A DNA stretch of 64,000 bases from Candidatus Dormiibacterota bacterium (GCA_963718525.1 OY970355.1:769730-833729), one strand, 5' to 3'; positions 17,541 through 27,013 are shown, numbered from the stretch's first letter. Numbers and translations are program-made. The notes: generated by a model from the letters alone, not told the origin.

Positions 17541-18930
17541 AGACCGCGCTTCCCTCGAGTGCGGTCTTGTTGAGGCGTTTGCCGAGATGCAGACCTTCGA
17601 GCACGAACTCGAGCACCGCGACGCGCATCGCATCGGTGTCGGGCTCGCCGAGGCGCTGGCGCGCGCGCTCGACGCCGGAGAGCTCGGTGAGCGCCTGCGC
17701 GTAGTCGGAGATCGGGTGCTGATCGCCGACCTCGACGGTGAAGCCGCCACGTTCGAAACGCTGCACCAGGTCGCTGAATTCCTGAACGGTGAAGTGACGT
17801 CGGAAGACGTTGTTGCACGCGGTGCGCATCAGCTTCTCGAGCACGGCGCCGTCGTCACCGTCTTCCCAGGTCTCGAGCTCGATCTTTCCGGCCGTCGATG
17901 ATGTCAGTGCGGGCAGGTCGCTGATCCGGGCGACCGCCTCCCGCTCGCCGGTTCGCAGCGCGCGGCGCAGCGCTCCGGCGGCGAGGTTCTCGTAGTTCGC
18001 GGTGGTGAGCCGGACCGATACGCCGCTGCGCTGGTTCACCTGCGGGTGGCGCCGTGCGACGTGCGACAGCTCGGCGACGATCTCCTGCATGAATCCGGGA
18101 ACGGTCACCGGAACGGGCATGTCGTCGAACGTCGTCCGCTCCTGCTCGGCGATGGCGATCTCGTCGTCGAGGCTGCGTGGGTAGTGCGTGCGCACCTGCG
18201 CTCCGAAGCGGTCCTTGAGCGGTGTGATGATGCGCCCGCGGTTGGTGTAGTCCTCAGGGTTCGCCGTCGCGACGACGTACACGTCGAGGGGAAGACGCAG
18301 GCGGTAGCCGCGGATCTGCACATCGCGCTCTTCGATGATGTTGAGCAGGCCGACCTGGATGCGCTCGGCGAGATCGGGGAGCTCGTTGATGGCGAAGATC
18401 CCCCGGTTGGTGCGCGGGATGAGCCCGTAATGGATGGTGAGCTCGTCGCTGAGATAGCGACCCTCGGCCACCCGGATGGGATCGACCTCGCCGATGAGGT
18501 CGGCGATCGACGTGTCGGGAGTGGCCAGCTTCTCGGAATACCGCTGTTCGGGGGTGAGCCACGAGAGCTCGGTGGCATCTCCGTGGTCGGCCACGAGATC
18601 GCGGCAGCGACGGCAGATCGGCGCGTACGGATCGTCGTTGATCTCACACCCCGCGATGGCCGGAACCGCGTCGTCGAGCAGGGTGACCAGCGCCCTGATG
18701 AGTTGCGATTTCGCCTGCCCGCGCTCGCCGAGCAGCACCATGTCCTGGCCCGCCAGGATCGCGTTCTCGATCTGAGGGATCACCGAGTTGTCGTACCCGC
18801 GGATGCCGACGAACAGTTCCTCGCGATTGCTGAGCTTGCGGATCAGGTTGCGGCGGAGCTCGGTCCTGACCGGCAGGACGCGGTACTCCGCACGACGCAA
18901 TTCACCGATCGTGGACGGGGCCTGGGACAT
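17530..18930 (-). CDS. AAA+ ATPase, Mg-chelatase ChlI/BchI-like
   Basis: 466 aa. Walker A LLGERGQAKS, then FAINELPDL and ATANPEDYTNRGRIITPLKDRF, typical of the ChlI-like clade. The 3' end overlaps the VWA gene by 11 nt. Confidence 0.85.
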   Translation of the reverse strand: MSQAPSTIGELRRAEYRVLPVRTELRRNLIRKLSNREELFVGIRGYDNSVIPQIENAILAGQDMVLLGERGQAKSQLIRALVTLLDDAVPAIAGCEINDDPYAPICRRCRDLVADHGDATELSWLTPEQRYSEKLATPDTSIADLIGEVDPIRVAEGRYLSDELTIHYGLIPRTNRGIFAINELPDLAERIQVGLLNIIEERDVQIRGYRLRLPLDVYVVATANPEDYTNRGRIITPLKDRFGAQVRTHYPRSLDDEIAIAEQERTTFDDMPVPVTVPGFMQEIVAELSHVARRHPQVNQRSGVSVRLTTANYENLAAGALRRALRTGEREAVARISDLPALTSSTAGKIELETWEDGDDGAVLEKLMRTACNNVFRRHFTVQEFSDLVQRFERGGFTVEVGDQHPISDYAQALTELSGVERARQRLGEPDTDAMRVAVLEFVLEGLHLGKRLNKTALEGSAVYGG

Positions 18931-18942
18931 CGCATCCCAAGC

Positions 18943-20415
18943 CTACACCGGGGCGGGGAGTCGACTGCCGCGCCCCGCCAGGGTCGCGCTGGTTCTTTGG
19001 TCGAGCAACTCGCGCGCCGCGGCAACGAGACGGCCCGCAAGTTCCTGCTCCTGACCGAAGTGCAGGTGGATGAACGACGCGAGCATGAGCGGATCGGTCC
19101 AGCCCTCGCAGCCCAGCGGCTCGCCGTCGCAATCGTGCATCGTGTACGCGGGGTTGAGGCAGTCGCCGCCGGACAGCATCCGGCTGAAGTGGAACTCGTG
19201 CCCGCGCAGACGAGTCCCGACCGGACCCAGCATCGACGGCGTCGCAATGCTCAGGTCGCGATATCCGCTGTGCAACGTACCCGCCTCGAGCGCGATGTCG
19301 ATCGGGATGATGCCGGCCATGTGATGGACGGCACCGTCGCTGGTCCGCAGCGACCGAGCGGAATACTGCAGCCCGAATCCCTCCGCGTAGACGGGAACGC
19401 CGTGGGCCCGGGCGCGCCTGAAGGATTCGATGAACGGATGGTTGCGCGCAAGCCTCGGCACATATGCCTCCGAGATGCCACCGCCCATGTAGATGAGACC
19501 AAGGTCGCGTGGCAGCGCGGAGTCCTCGAGCGGCGAGAAGGTGATGATCTCCGCGCCGGCGGCTTCGAGCAACTCGAGATTTTCCGCGTAGTAGAAGGAG
19601 AATGCGTCGTCGAAGGCCACGCCGATGCGCACCGGCTGCTCGCTCGGTCGGTCGACGTGGCGGCGTGGCGCGGGATGCACGGGAGGCGATCCCTCCATGA
19701 GCCGTTCGATGAGGTCGAGATCGCAGTGGCGGGTGACCGCCTCGCCCAACTCCGAGATCGCCTCGTCCACGTGCGGGTTCTGCAGCAGCGGGAGCAGCCC
19801 GGTCCGCAGCTCGGGGATGCGCACCGACTGGATGTGGGGGAGAGCGCCGAGCACCGGCATCCTCGCAAGCGACCAGACGGCATCCTCGATGACGCGGCGG
19901 CGATAGTCGTTGGGGACGTCGTTGAGGATCACGCCGATCACGCTGCCGGCGCTGTCGAGCTGCTTGATCCCCAGTGCCGCCGCGGCCGCGGTTTCGCCCA
20001 TGGCCCATGCGTCGACCACCAGCACGACCGGCGCCGCGATCATGCGCGCCACCTCCAGCGTGCTTCCCGGGAACTCGTGGGGAGCGGATCCGGCGCATTC
20101 CGGTGCCATCCCATGGCCGTCGAGCACACCCATGGCTCCCTCGACGATCGCCCGGTCCGCACCGAGTGACCCAAGCGCGAATGAGCGGCGCACCCCCTCG
20201 CGTCCGAGCAGCCAGGAATCGAGGTTGCGACACGGCCTCCGGCTGGCATGCGCGAGGTATGCCGTGTCGATGAAGTCGGCGCCGACCTTGAAGGTCTGGA
20301 CGGTCAAGCCGCGTGCGCGCAGCGCGGCGGTGAGACCCAGGCTGATCGAGGTTTTCCCGGAACCCGAACCCAGGCCGCCAACCACGAGCCGAGGAATCCC
20401 GACGTCCTCGAGCAT
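18943..20415 (-). CDS. cobB: Cobyrinate a,c-diamide synthase-like protein (CobB/CbiA family)
   Basis: P-loop GLGSGSGKTSISLGL, FKVGADFID, and a C-terminal GATase-like domain ending RGHEFHFS. The likely start is ATG 20415, with GGAGG 6 nt upstream. The ORF-track start 20601 adds an implausible extension. The expected AECGG nucleophile motif reads AEGFG. Confidence 0.8.
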   Translation of the reverse strand: MLEDVGIPRLVVGGLGSGSGKTSISLGLTAALRARGLTVQTFKVGADFIDTAYLAHASRRPCRNLDSWLLGREGVRRSFALGSLGADRAIVEGAMGVLDGHGMAPECAGSAPHEFPGSTLEVARMIAAPVVLVVDAWAMGETAAAAALGIKQLDSAGSVIGVILNDVPNDYRRRVIEDAVWSLARMPVLGALPHIQSVRIPELRTGLLPLLQNPHVDEAISELGEAVTRHCDLDLIERLMEGSPPVHPAPRRHVDRPSEQPVRIGVAFDDAFSFYYAENLELLEAAGAEIITFSPLEDSALPRDLGLIYMGGGISEAYVPRLARNHPFIESFRRARAHGVPVYAEGFGLQYSARSLRTSDGAVHHMAGIIPIDIALEAGTLHSGYRDLSIATPSMLGPVGTRLRGHEFHFSRMLSGGDCLNPAYTMHDCDGEPLGCEGWTDPLMLASFIHLHFGQEQELAGRLVAAARELLDQRTSATLAGRGSRLPAPV

Positions 20416-20607
20416 GAGGTGCCTCCGGATACGCGCTGGTAGGCTTGCTCTCTCGCCGGCAGGCTCGGCGACGCTCGCCGGGCTCGCGCACCCGACGCTA
20501 GCACCGGCGGTCGGCGGGGGCAAGTGCAGAAGTTGTAACGGTGCTTGGGCGCGCTCAGGTGGTGGCGTGGGGTTGCAGCGCCCGAACGGTCCGGCGTGCA
20601 TAGCGAC

Positions 20608-21192
20608 TCATGGGATCAATCCGGCGGCTCGGCGTGCGCGCTCGACGGCGGGTCGTATCGGGCAGGCGGCGAGATGGTCGTCGACCACGCCGCCGGCCTG
20701 CATCAGTGCGTAGACCGTCGTCGGGCCAAGGAAGCGAAAGCCTCGGCGTTTGAGTTCACGCGCGAGTGACGCGGCCTCGGGCGTCGTCGAGGGTACGTCG
20801 GTCCACGCTGACGGTGCCGGTCGCCGTGATGCCCGTTGATCCGGCCGCAGCAGTGACGCAAGCGGCTCGCCGGCGTCGCGCAGCTGCAGAATGGCGCGCG
20901 CGTTCCCAATCGTCGCATCGATCTTCGCCCGATTGCGCACGATGCCGACATCTTCAAGGAGGCGTTTGACGTCTGGTGGATCAAAGCGCGCAACGACATC
21001 AGCGTCGAAATTCGCGAACGCCCGGCGGAAAGCGTCGCGCTTGGCAAGAATGGTCCGCCAGGAGAGCCCCGCCTGGAACGCCTCGAGGCTCAAGAGCTCG
21101 AACAGCGCCCGCTCATCGGGCACCGGAAAGCCCCACTCGGTGTCGTGATACCGCTCATACAGGGGATCACCGTCGCCGAAACACCTTCTCAT
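20608..21192 (-). CDS. tag: DNA-3-methyladenine glycosylase I
   Basis: YHDTEWGFPVPDERALFELLSLEAFQAGLSWRTIL is the Tag signature. The start ATG 21192 overlaps the ligase stop (ATGA 21189-21192). Confidence 0.9.
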   Translation of the reverse strand: MRRCFGDGDPLYERYHDTEWGFPVPDERALFELLSLEAFQAGLSWRTILAKRDAFRRAFANFDADVVARFDPPDVKRLLEDVGIVRNRAKIDATIGNARAILQLRDAGEPLASLLRPDQRASRRPAPSAWTDVPSTTPEAASLARELKRRGFRFLGPTTVYALMQAGGVVDDHLAACPIRPAVERARRAAGLIP

Positions 21193-22145
21193 CCGGGCCG
21201 CTCTCGAACCACCTCGGCCGGTCGCTTGTCGTCGCGCAGCCCGAGGAAGCGCGGTTGCCGGAGGCGGCCATCGTTCGTCCATTCTGCGAAGCCGATCTGC
21301 GCGACCACTTCGGGCCGGGTCCAGTGCGTGCCGCGCGGAATCGGTCTCGCGTCGATGAACGGCGGCTCCGATATCTCGAGGGATCGCAGCCGAGCGCCGA
21401 GATCGCGGAGCCTGGCCGCCGTGTAGCCGGTGCCGACCTTTCCGGCGTACCGGAGTCGACCCTCCTCGTGATACCCCACGAGCAGCGCACCGAAATCAGT
21501 CCGGCTGCCCGTTGGATCGGTGTAACCGCCGATGACGAACTCCTGCTCCCAGACGCATTTCAGCTTCAGCCAGTCCTTCGAACGCCCGGGCACGTACGGC
21601 GCATCAGCACGCTTGGCGATGAGTCCTTCCCAGCCTGAACGGCACGCGTCGTCAAACCGCCGCTGAGCGTTGTCCCGCCAGGCTTCGGAGAGTTGCAGGG
21701 CCGCGCTCGGCCGGATTGCCCGCGTCAATCGGGCGCGACGCTCTTCAAGCGGCCGGTGAGTGAGGTCCTCGCCGTCAATCTCCAGGACGTCAAAGACGCA
21801 GTAGACCACCGGGTACGCGGCTATCTGCTGGGGGGAAGGTGCGGTGGCGCCGAGACGCTGCTGAAGCCGGCTGAAGGATGTCTGCTCGCCTTGGTATGCG
21901 ACCACCTCACCGTCCAGCAGGAGGTCGGGTGCGCGCTGTGTGACCAGGGCAGCGCACACCTCGGGGTACGTGGCGGTGAGGTCCTTGCCCGTGCGCGACT
22001 CGAGCCGCACGTTGCCGCCCCGTTTGCGCGCAACGCAGCGCTCGCCGTCGAACTTGCGCTCGAGCAGCCAGTCGCCACCGAAGTCGCGACGGTCGGTCAG
22101 GGTCGCCAGCATCAGGGGAATGGGCACACCCGGATGGTCCCGCAT
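21189..22145 (-). CDS. Stand-alone ATP-dependent DNA ligase (LigC / LigD ligase-domain type)
   Basis: 318 aa. Adenylation motif I in LLERKFDGER (KxDG), WEGLIAKR (motif V-like), and a C-terminal OB domain. No polymerase or nuclease domains. Confidence 0.85.
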   Translation of the reverse strand: MRDHPGVPIPLMLATLTDRRDFGGDWLLERKFDGERCVARKRGGNVRLESRTGKDLTATYPEVCAALVTQRAPDLLLDGEVVAYQGEQTSFSRLQQRLGATAPSPQQIAAYPVVYCVFDVLEIDGEDLTHRPLEERRARLTRAIRPSAALQLSEAWRDNAQRRFDDACRSGWEGLIAKRADAPYVPGRSKDWLKLKCVWEQEFVIGGYTDPTGSRTDFGALLVGYHEEGRLRYAGKVGTGYTAARLRDLGARLRSLEISEPPFIDARPIPRGTHWTRPEVVAQIGFAEWTNDGRLRQPRFLGLRDDKRPAEVVRERPG

Positions 22146-22184
22146 ATCAGGCGCGTCTGTGGCGACAGGTCCTTGCTGCCGCGG

Positions 22185-22979
22185 CTACGCTCGTTTGACC
22201 ACCACGTATTCCACGGGTTGCAGCCCGCAGTGCCATCGATCAGCGATTGGCTGCAGAACAGGACGGATCCGCATCGGGTCGAATCCCATCGGTGCGACGT
22301 CGAGGATTCGGCCGCCATGCGCCTCGATGACTGGTCGAAGGAGCGCTTGCGGAAGCGGGAACATGTGCATTCGCGGTGGGAGCGGGGGACCTTCGCGGTC
22401 ATTGAAGCCGGCGTACGCCTTTTCGAGTCGGACGCGGAGACGGGTCGAACGCTGTCGCATGCGCTGCAGCGCCGACAACGCCGAGAACATCGGTCCCCCC
22501 GCAACCTCGTGCGCGTGAAAGACCAATATTCCACGGTCGCGCGCGAGAACCCGGACGAGCTCCCCAACATACGCGAGCGCATAGCGGCGAGGGATGTGTT
22601 GGAGAACGCGCGTGGAGTAAACGCATGCAAAACGCCCATCTGCAAAGATGGAGAGGTCAGCCCGTTCGTTCAACGTAAACGTCAGACGATCGGGGCTCGG
22701 ATTGAAGCCGCGTGCAAGCTCCAACATCTTTGGAGAGATGTCCACCCCTGTACAGCGGGCAAATACTTCCGAAAGGGGTTGGCTGACACGACCGAGCCCG
22801 CACCCAAAGTCGAGAGCCTCGCCGTCGCGGTCGATCCGGAGACCGCACGCCTCGACGTGGCTGACGGCTGCTTGAATATCCCGTTGACCGGACTGCCAGA
22901 AGCGTGCCAGCTCTTCGTAGGAACCGCCTTGCGGACCGAGCTCGGTGCAGACCGCCCAAAGGGGATCGGTCTGCGCCAT
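22185..22979 (-). CDS. Class I SAM-dependent methyltransferase
   Basis: ALDFGCGLGRVS (motif I) and VYSTRVLQHIP. The ORF-track N-terminal extension to 23612 overlaps the divergent gene and looks non-coding. The start is ATG 22979 or an upstream GTG near 23180. GC is visibly lower than in the neighbouring genes. Confidence 0.7.
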   Translation of the reverse strand: MAQTDPLWAVCTELGPQGGSYEELARFWQSGQRDIQAAVSHVEACGLRIDRDGEALDFGCGLGRVSQPLSEVFARCTGVDISPKMLELARGFNPSPDRLTFTLNERADLSIFADGRFACVYSTRVLQHIPRRYALAYVGELVRVLARDRGILVFHAHEVAGGPMFSALSALQRMRQRSTRLRVRLEKAYAGFNDREGPPLPPRMHMFPLPQALLRPVIEAHGGRILDVAPMGFDPMRIRPVLQPIADRWHCGLQPVEYVVVKRA

Positions 22980-23216
22980 GTATTCCCAGTCACTCGAGGT
23001 TTCTTTCAGCGATGCCACAAACGCTGTTCTCCGGTTGGGGAAGGCCGTGCTCCCACGGCACGGTGCGGCAGCATCGTAGCGGGTGACCGTCGCACCGAAC
23101 TCCCTCGCGAGGTCCTCGTCGTCAGCTCCTGGTCGTAACGACGCGCCGTACTTGCTCCGCAGACCGCTGTACAGTCGCACCCACCGCGGACGTGCAACCG
23201 CGGGCGGCAGCGGGGC

Positions 23217-23855
23217 TTGTGGAGGAACGATGTGGCCGGAAACCAATGGCCGCTCATACGGGCTGAGCGGGTGGCTCTGATCGCGGACCTGGAGACCATC
23301 AGCGATGCGCAGTGGTCGACGCAGTCGCTCTGTTCGGCGTGGACTGTCCGTGACGTGCTCGCGCACATGACCACCACTGCGAAGATGACTCCCGGACGGT
23401 TCTTCGGGAGGTTCGCCAGTACCGGATTTCAGTTCAACGCCATGAATGCGAAGGGCGTGAAAGAGGAATTGCGAGCGACCCCGGCCGACACGCTCGCGGG
23501 CTTCAAAGCGCAGTTGGATCGGACCACCGCACCACCAGGACCGACCGATGCGATGGTCGCCGAGGCGGTGATCCACGGCGAGGACATCCGTCGCCCGCTC
23601 GAAATCGCGCACAGCTACCAGCCCGAGGCGCTGACCCTGGTCGGCGATTTCGTGATCCGCGGCAACCTCCTGCTCGGCGGCAAACGAAGGGCCACCGGCC
23701 TCACCCTGGTCGCGACGGATGCGGACTGGACCCGCGGAACAGGCCCGGAGGTCACGGGACCGCTGCCTTCGATGATCCTGGCGCTCACCGGGCGCAAGGC
23801 CGGCCTCGCGGATCTGACGGGGGATGAACTCGCGACGCTGACCGGACGGGTCTAA
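23217..23855 (+). CDS. Maleylpyruvate isomerase-family (DinB/MDMPI_N) protein, second copy
   Basis: 212 aa. WSTQSLCSAWTVRDVLAHMTTT is the typical N-terminal DinB-fold motif, and EAVIHGEDIRRPL lies downstream. The TTG 23217 start is uncertain. Confidence 0.75.
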   Translation: MWRNDVAGNQWPLIRAERVALIADLETISDAQWSTQSLCSAWTVRDVLAHMTTTAKMTPGRFFGRFASTGFQFNAMNAKGVKEELRATPADTLAGFKAQLDRTTAPPGPTDAMVAEAVIHGEDIRRPLEIAHSYQPEALTLVGDFVIRGNLLLGGKRRATGLTLVATDADWTRGTGPEVTGPLPSMILALTGRKAGLADLTGDELATLTGRV

Positions 23856-25589
23856 CCCGCAGGCGCCGTCGCCACTGCGGCGGCCGGCTGCCCGCTCAGG
23901 GTCACGGCTCGCGCCGGGCGCAGGTCCCGGAGGCGTGCCCGGACGCGCTGAAACCCCTGGAAGCTATCCACCTCGAGGCCGAAGCAGGCATCGACCATCT
24001 TCCCTCGTGGGAGGTGATCGGCGAGATTGGGCTTGTTGAACGCGATCGAACTCGAGGACGCCGGAACCGGTCGACAGCACCACTCGGACGTGCTGACCCT
24101 CCGATCCGAACGTCGACGTGCCGAGCACCCTGGCGCTGCAGACGGCCAGCAGTGGCGCCGGGTTGCCCTGACCACTCGGCTCGAGCTGGTCCAACGCCCG
24201 GCACAGCTCGGGCGTGACATCGATCCCCGAGATCTCGCTGTCGATGGTGAAGTCACGCACGCGCTCGACGCCCGCGTTCTGCTCGCAGACCGAGGCGGTG
24301 ATGAGCTTTCGAAACTCGTCGAATCGCGAGGGATCGAGGCTGAAGCCCGCTGCAGCGGCATGCCCGCCGTAGCGGAGCAGCGACGGCGCGGCGCCATCGA
24401 GCGCTTTGACGATGTGAACACCGCCGGATGAACGAGCCGAGCCCTTGGCCTCGCCGGGATCGAGGCAGGCGATGAACGTCGGCCTGGCATAGCGCTCGGC
24501 GAGCCGACCGGCCACGAGCCCGACGATGCCCATGGGCCAGTCGGGATTGCCCAGCACGATCGCCGCAGCGTCGTCATCGATATCCGCGACCAGTTCCTCC
24601 GCCTGGGCGAGCGCGACCGCCACGGCCTGCTGGCGCAACCGGTTCTGGGTGTCGAGGTCGACGGCGAGGCGCTCCGCCTCGTCCGGGTCATCGCAGAGGC
24701 ACAGTTCGAGCGCCAGGCGCGCGTCCTCCATGCGGCCGGCCGCGTTGATGCGTGGTCCCACCGCGAACGCGATGTCGGTCCCCCTCGGGGGTGGCGTGAT
24801 GCCGGCAACCTCGCAGAGGGCGCGGAGACCGGGCAGGTCGGCGATTCGCGGCAGGCCGTCACGGACGATGACGCGATTCTCACCGCGCAGCGGCATCATG
24901 TCGGCGATCGTCCCGAGCGCGGCGAGCCCGAGCGATGCCTCGGCACTGCCCTCGGGTACCAGACCCCTCGATTCGAGCGCCTGGACGAGCTTGAACGCCA
25001 CGCCCGCGCCGGCAAGCCCGTCGAAGGCATAGGTCGAGCCGGGGAGCTTGGGGTTGACCAGCGCGTCGGCCGGCGCCAGCTGAGGTGGCGACCCTCCGGG
25101 GGCGAGGGCCAGGTGATGGTCGGTGACCACCAGGCGCACGTTCGCCGGGCGACCTGCCGCGGCCTCGACGCTGCTCGTCCCGCAGTCCACGGTGATGACG
25201 CAGCGGGCGCCGCGTGCCCCGAGCTCGGCGAGTGCGGCCGCGTGGAGGCCGTACCCCTCGGTCATGCGGTTGGGGATGTACGGAAGGACCGTGGCGCCGG
25301 CGGCGCGCAGAGAGCGCGTGAGCATCGCGCAGGCGGTGACGCCGTCCGCGTCGTAATCACCGTAGATCGCGATCGTCCCGCCCTCGTCGATGGTCGCCCG
25401 GATGGCTGCAACGGCCGCCTCCATGGCCGGCAGGCCGAACGGATCGTGGTAGCCGCCGGTGACGTCAAGGAAGGCGGAAGCGGCGGCCTGGTCGAAGCCT
25501 CGCGCCGCGAGCACCTGACCGACGACCGGGTGCAACCCGGCCAGGGGCTCGGCGTGGCTCAGCCGCCAGCGGCGCGGCGCCGGCTGCAC
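23852..25589 (-). pseudogene. recJ: Single-stranded-DNA-specific exonuclease RecJ with a +1 frameshift near the C-terminus (assembly error or pseudogene)
   Basis: ORF 23964..25589 carries the DHH motifs (IYGDYDADGVTA, VTDHH, GGHAAAAGF). After ...GSGVLE the conserved C-terminal segment (S)IAFNKPNLADHLPRGKMVDACFGLEVDSFQGFQRVRARLRDLRP continues in the frame of ORF 23852..24883. Confidence 0.85.
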
Positions 25590-25598
25590 CGGCGAACC

Positions 25599-26261
25599 TC
25601 AGGCGCCCGAGACGGGGGGCGCCGGCGGGGCGCCGGGTGCAGCCGATGGAGCGGGCGCGGCCCCGGGTGCCTGCCCGTAGGTCGCATTGGTGATAGCGCT
25701 GAAGTCGACCTTCGGCGCCTCGCCGACCACCGCGCGCTGCGCCGGATCGATCTGGAAGAACTCGGCGTTCTGGAAATGGAACATGTTGGCGATCACGTTC
25801 GATGGGAACGCCTGGACGCGACGGTTGAACTGCTGCACGTTTGCGTTGTAGATCGAACGCGATGCCTGGATGCGGTCCTCGGTGTCGGCGAGCGTCGCCT
25901 GAAGTTGCAGGAAGTTCTGATTGGCCTTCAGCTCGGGGTAGTTCTCCGCCACCGCGAAGAGGTGACCGAGAGCCATCTGGAACGGACCCTCCGCGGCGCT
26001 GGCGGCGGCCGGCCCCTGTGCCTGCAGCCCGACCGAACGGGCCTGGGCGACCTCCTCGAAGACGCCGCGCTCGTGAGCCGCGTAGCCCTGGACCGTGGAG
26101 ACGAGGTTGGGGATGAGGTCGTAGCGCCGCTTGAGCTCGGTGTCGATGTCAGCCCAGGCGTTCTGCACCGCGTTGCGTTGGGAGACGAACTGGTTGTACG
26201 AGACCACCAACGCGAGCGCGATGACCACGATGATGACGAGGACGACGATGAGGACTGTCAC
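25599..26261 (-). CDS. lemA: LemA family protein
   Basis: 220 aa. An N-terminal TM helix, then YNQFVSQRNAVQNAWADIDTELKRRYDLIPNLV and YNANVQQFN, the classic LemA motifs. Confidence 0.9.
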   Translation of the reverse strand: MTVLIVVLVIIVVIALALVVSYNQFVSQRNAVQNAWADIDTELKRRYDLIPNLVSTVQGYAAHERGVFEEVAQARSVGLQAQGPAAASAAEGPFQMALGHLFAVAENYPELKANQNFLQLQATLADTEDRIQASRSIYNANVQQFNRRVQAFPSNVIANMFHFQNAEFFQIDPAQRAVVGEAPKVDFSAITNATYGQAPGAAPAPSAAPGAPPAPPVSGA

Positions 26262-26324
26262 GAGACGTCTCCTTCGGAGCTGGGAATGAGTGCGGGTCCT
26301 AGGGTACCTCGGAGGGAGTCGCGA

Positions 26325-26978
26325 TCAAACGCCGGCTTGGTTCACGCGGACGAGGGCGGGGATCCGTTCGACGATCAGCGCGGTTGCGTCGAAGATGGCG
26401 CCGATCTCTGTCACCGGCCGCCGGTGCGCGTAGACCATCAGGTGCTCCGGTCCGAACACGACGTGATAGCCGTGATCCAAACCGAGGAGTGTCTCGATCA
26501 TCTGCGCGTCGATCAACTCCACGGCAAACGTATCGTCACTCGATTGCACGTTGAACCTGTCGTTGAAGTCGATGGACTCGAATCGAATGCCCGGGGCGCC
26601 GACGGACTTCTCCGCGAGCGCGCCGATGGCGCTGCGAGGGGAGACAGTCACCTGGGGCATCGGCACGCCGAGCGTGGTGAGGACGTTGGAGAACGACACG
26701 GTGTTCTGGTTCTTGCCGTCGGAAACAACGTACGAGTAATCGCAGTAGGTCACCGGCAGGCCGTTCCACGGTCCACGCAGAACGTTGTGCCAGTAGCGGC
26801 GCTGTCCTTCCCGGAACAGGGAGTACCCGCAATCACCGAGCTCCCAGTCGTTGCCGATGACGGTGAGGCCGTGCGCGCCCGCAAATGTTGCGATGTCGCG
26901 GATGCGCTGCTGACTCGCGAAGTACGAGACGAATCCGACCACGACAACGAAGATGAAGAAGACGACGAAGAGAACCAT
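26325..26978 (-). CDS. Hypothetical N-terminally anchored protein (lemA-adjacent)
   Basis: 217 aa with one N-terminal TM helix (VLFVVFFIFVVVVGFVSYF). Family not confidently recognised. Confidence 0.5.
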   Translation of the reverse strand: MVLFVVFFIFVVVVGFVSYFASQQRIRDIATFAGAHGLTVIGNDWELGDCGYSLFREGQRRYWHNVLRGPWNGLPVTYCDYSYVVSDGKNQNTVSFSNVLTTLGVPMPQVTVSPRSAIGALAEKSVGAPGIRFESIDFNDRFNVQSSDDTFAVELIDAQMIETLLGLDHGYHVVFGPEHLMVYAHRRPVTEIGAIFDATALIVERIPALVRVNQAGV

Positions 26979-27013
26979 TCAGCGATGCGCTCTCGACACG
27001 TCTGAGCGAGGGC

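Noticed and set aside
18046-20169. Very long ORFs antisense to recognisable genes. Examples: 18046..20169 + (707 aa), 10048..11346 +, 12611..13843 +, 25113..27005 +, 32576..34153 -, 34624..36480 -, 40942..42498 +, 53252..55417 +, 39238..40332 -.
   Set aside because: They are Arg/Ala/Gly/Pro/Asp-rich, have no recognisable motifs, and lie opposite genes with strong family signatures (ATPase, cobB, rplY, recJ, glgE, treS, purH, purL, glgB). These are typical shadow ORFs of high-GC DNA.
20416-20607. Possible cobalamin riboswitch in the 192-nt GC-rich leader of the CobB/CbiA-like gene.
   Set aside because: Reading the minus strand, I could not find a convincing B12 box (consensus roughly AGYCMGGAGACCKGCC) or the GGGAA...CCGGTG...GCTGCCCCCGCAAC core. 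There are only loose fragments such as AGCCCGGCGAGCGTCGCC. A cmsearch with RF00174 would settle it, and a significant hit would reverse this rejection.
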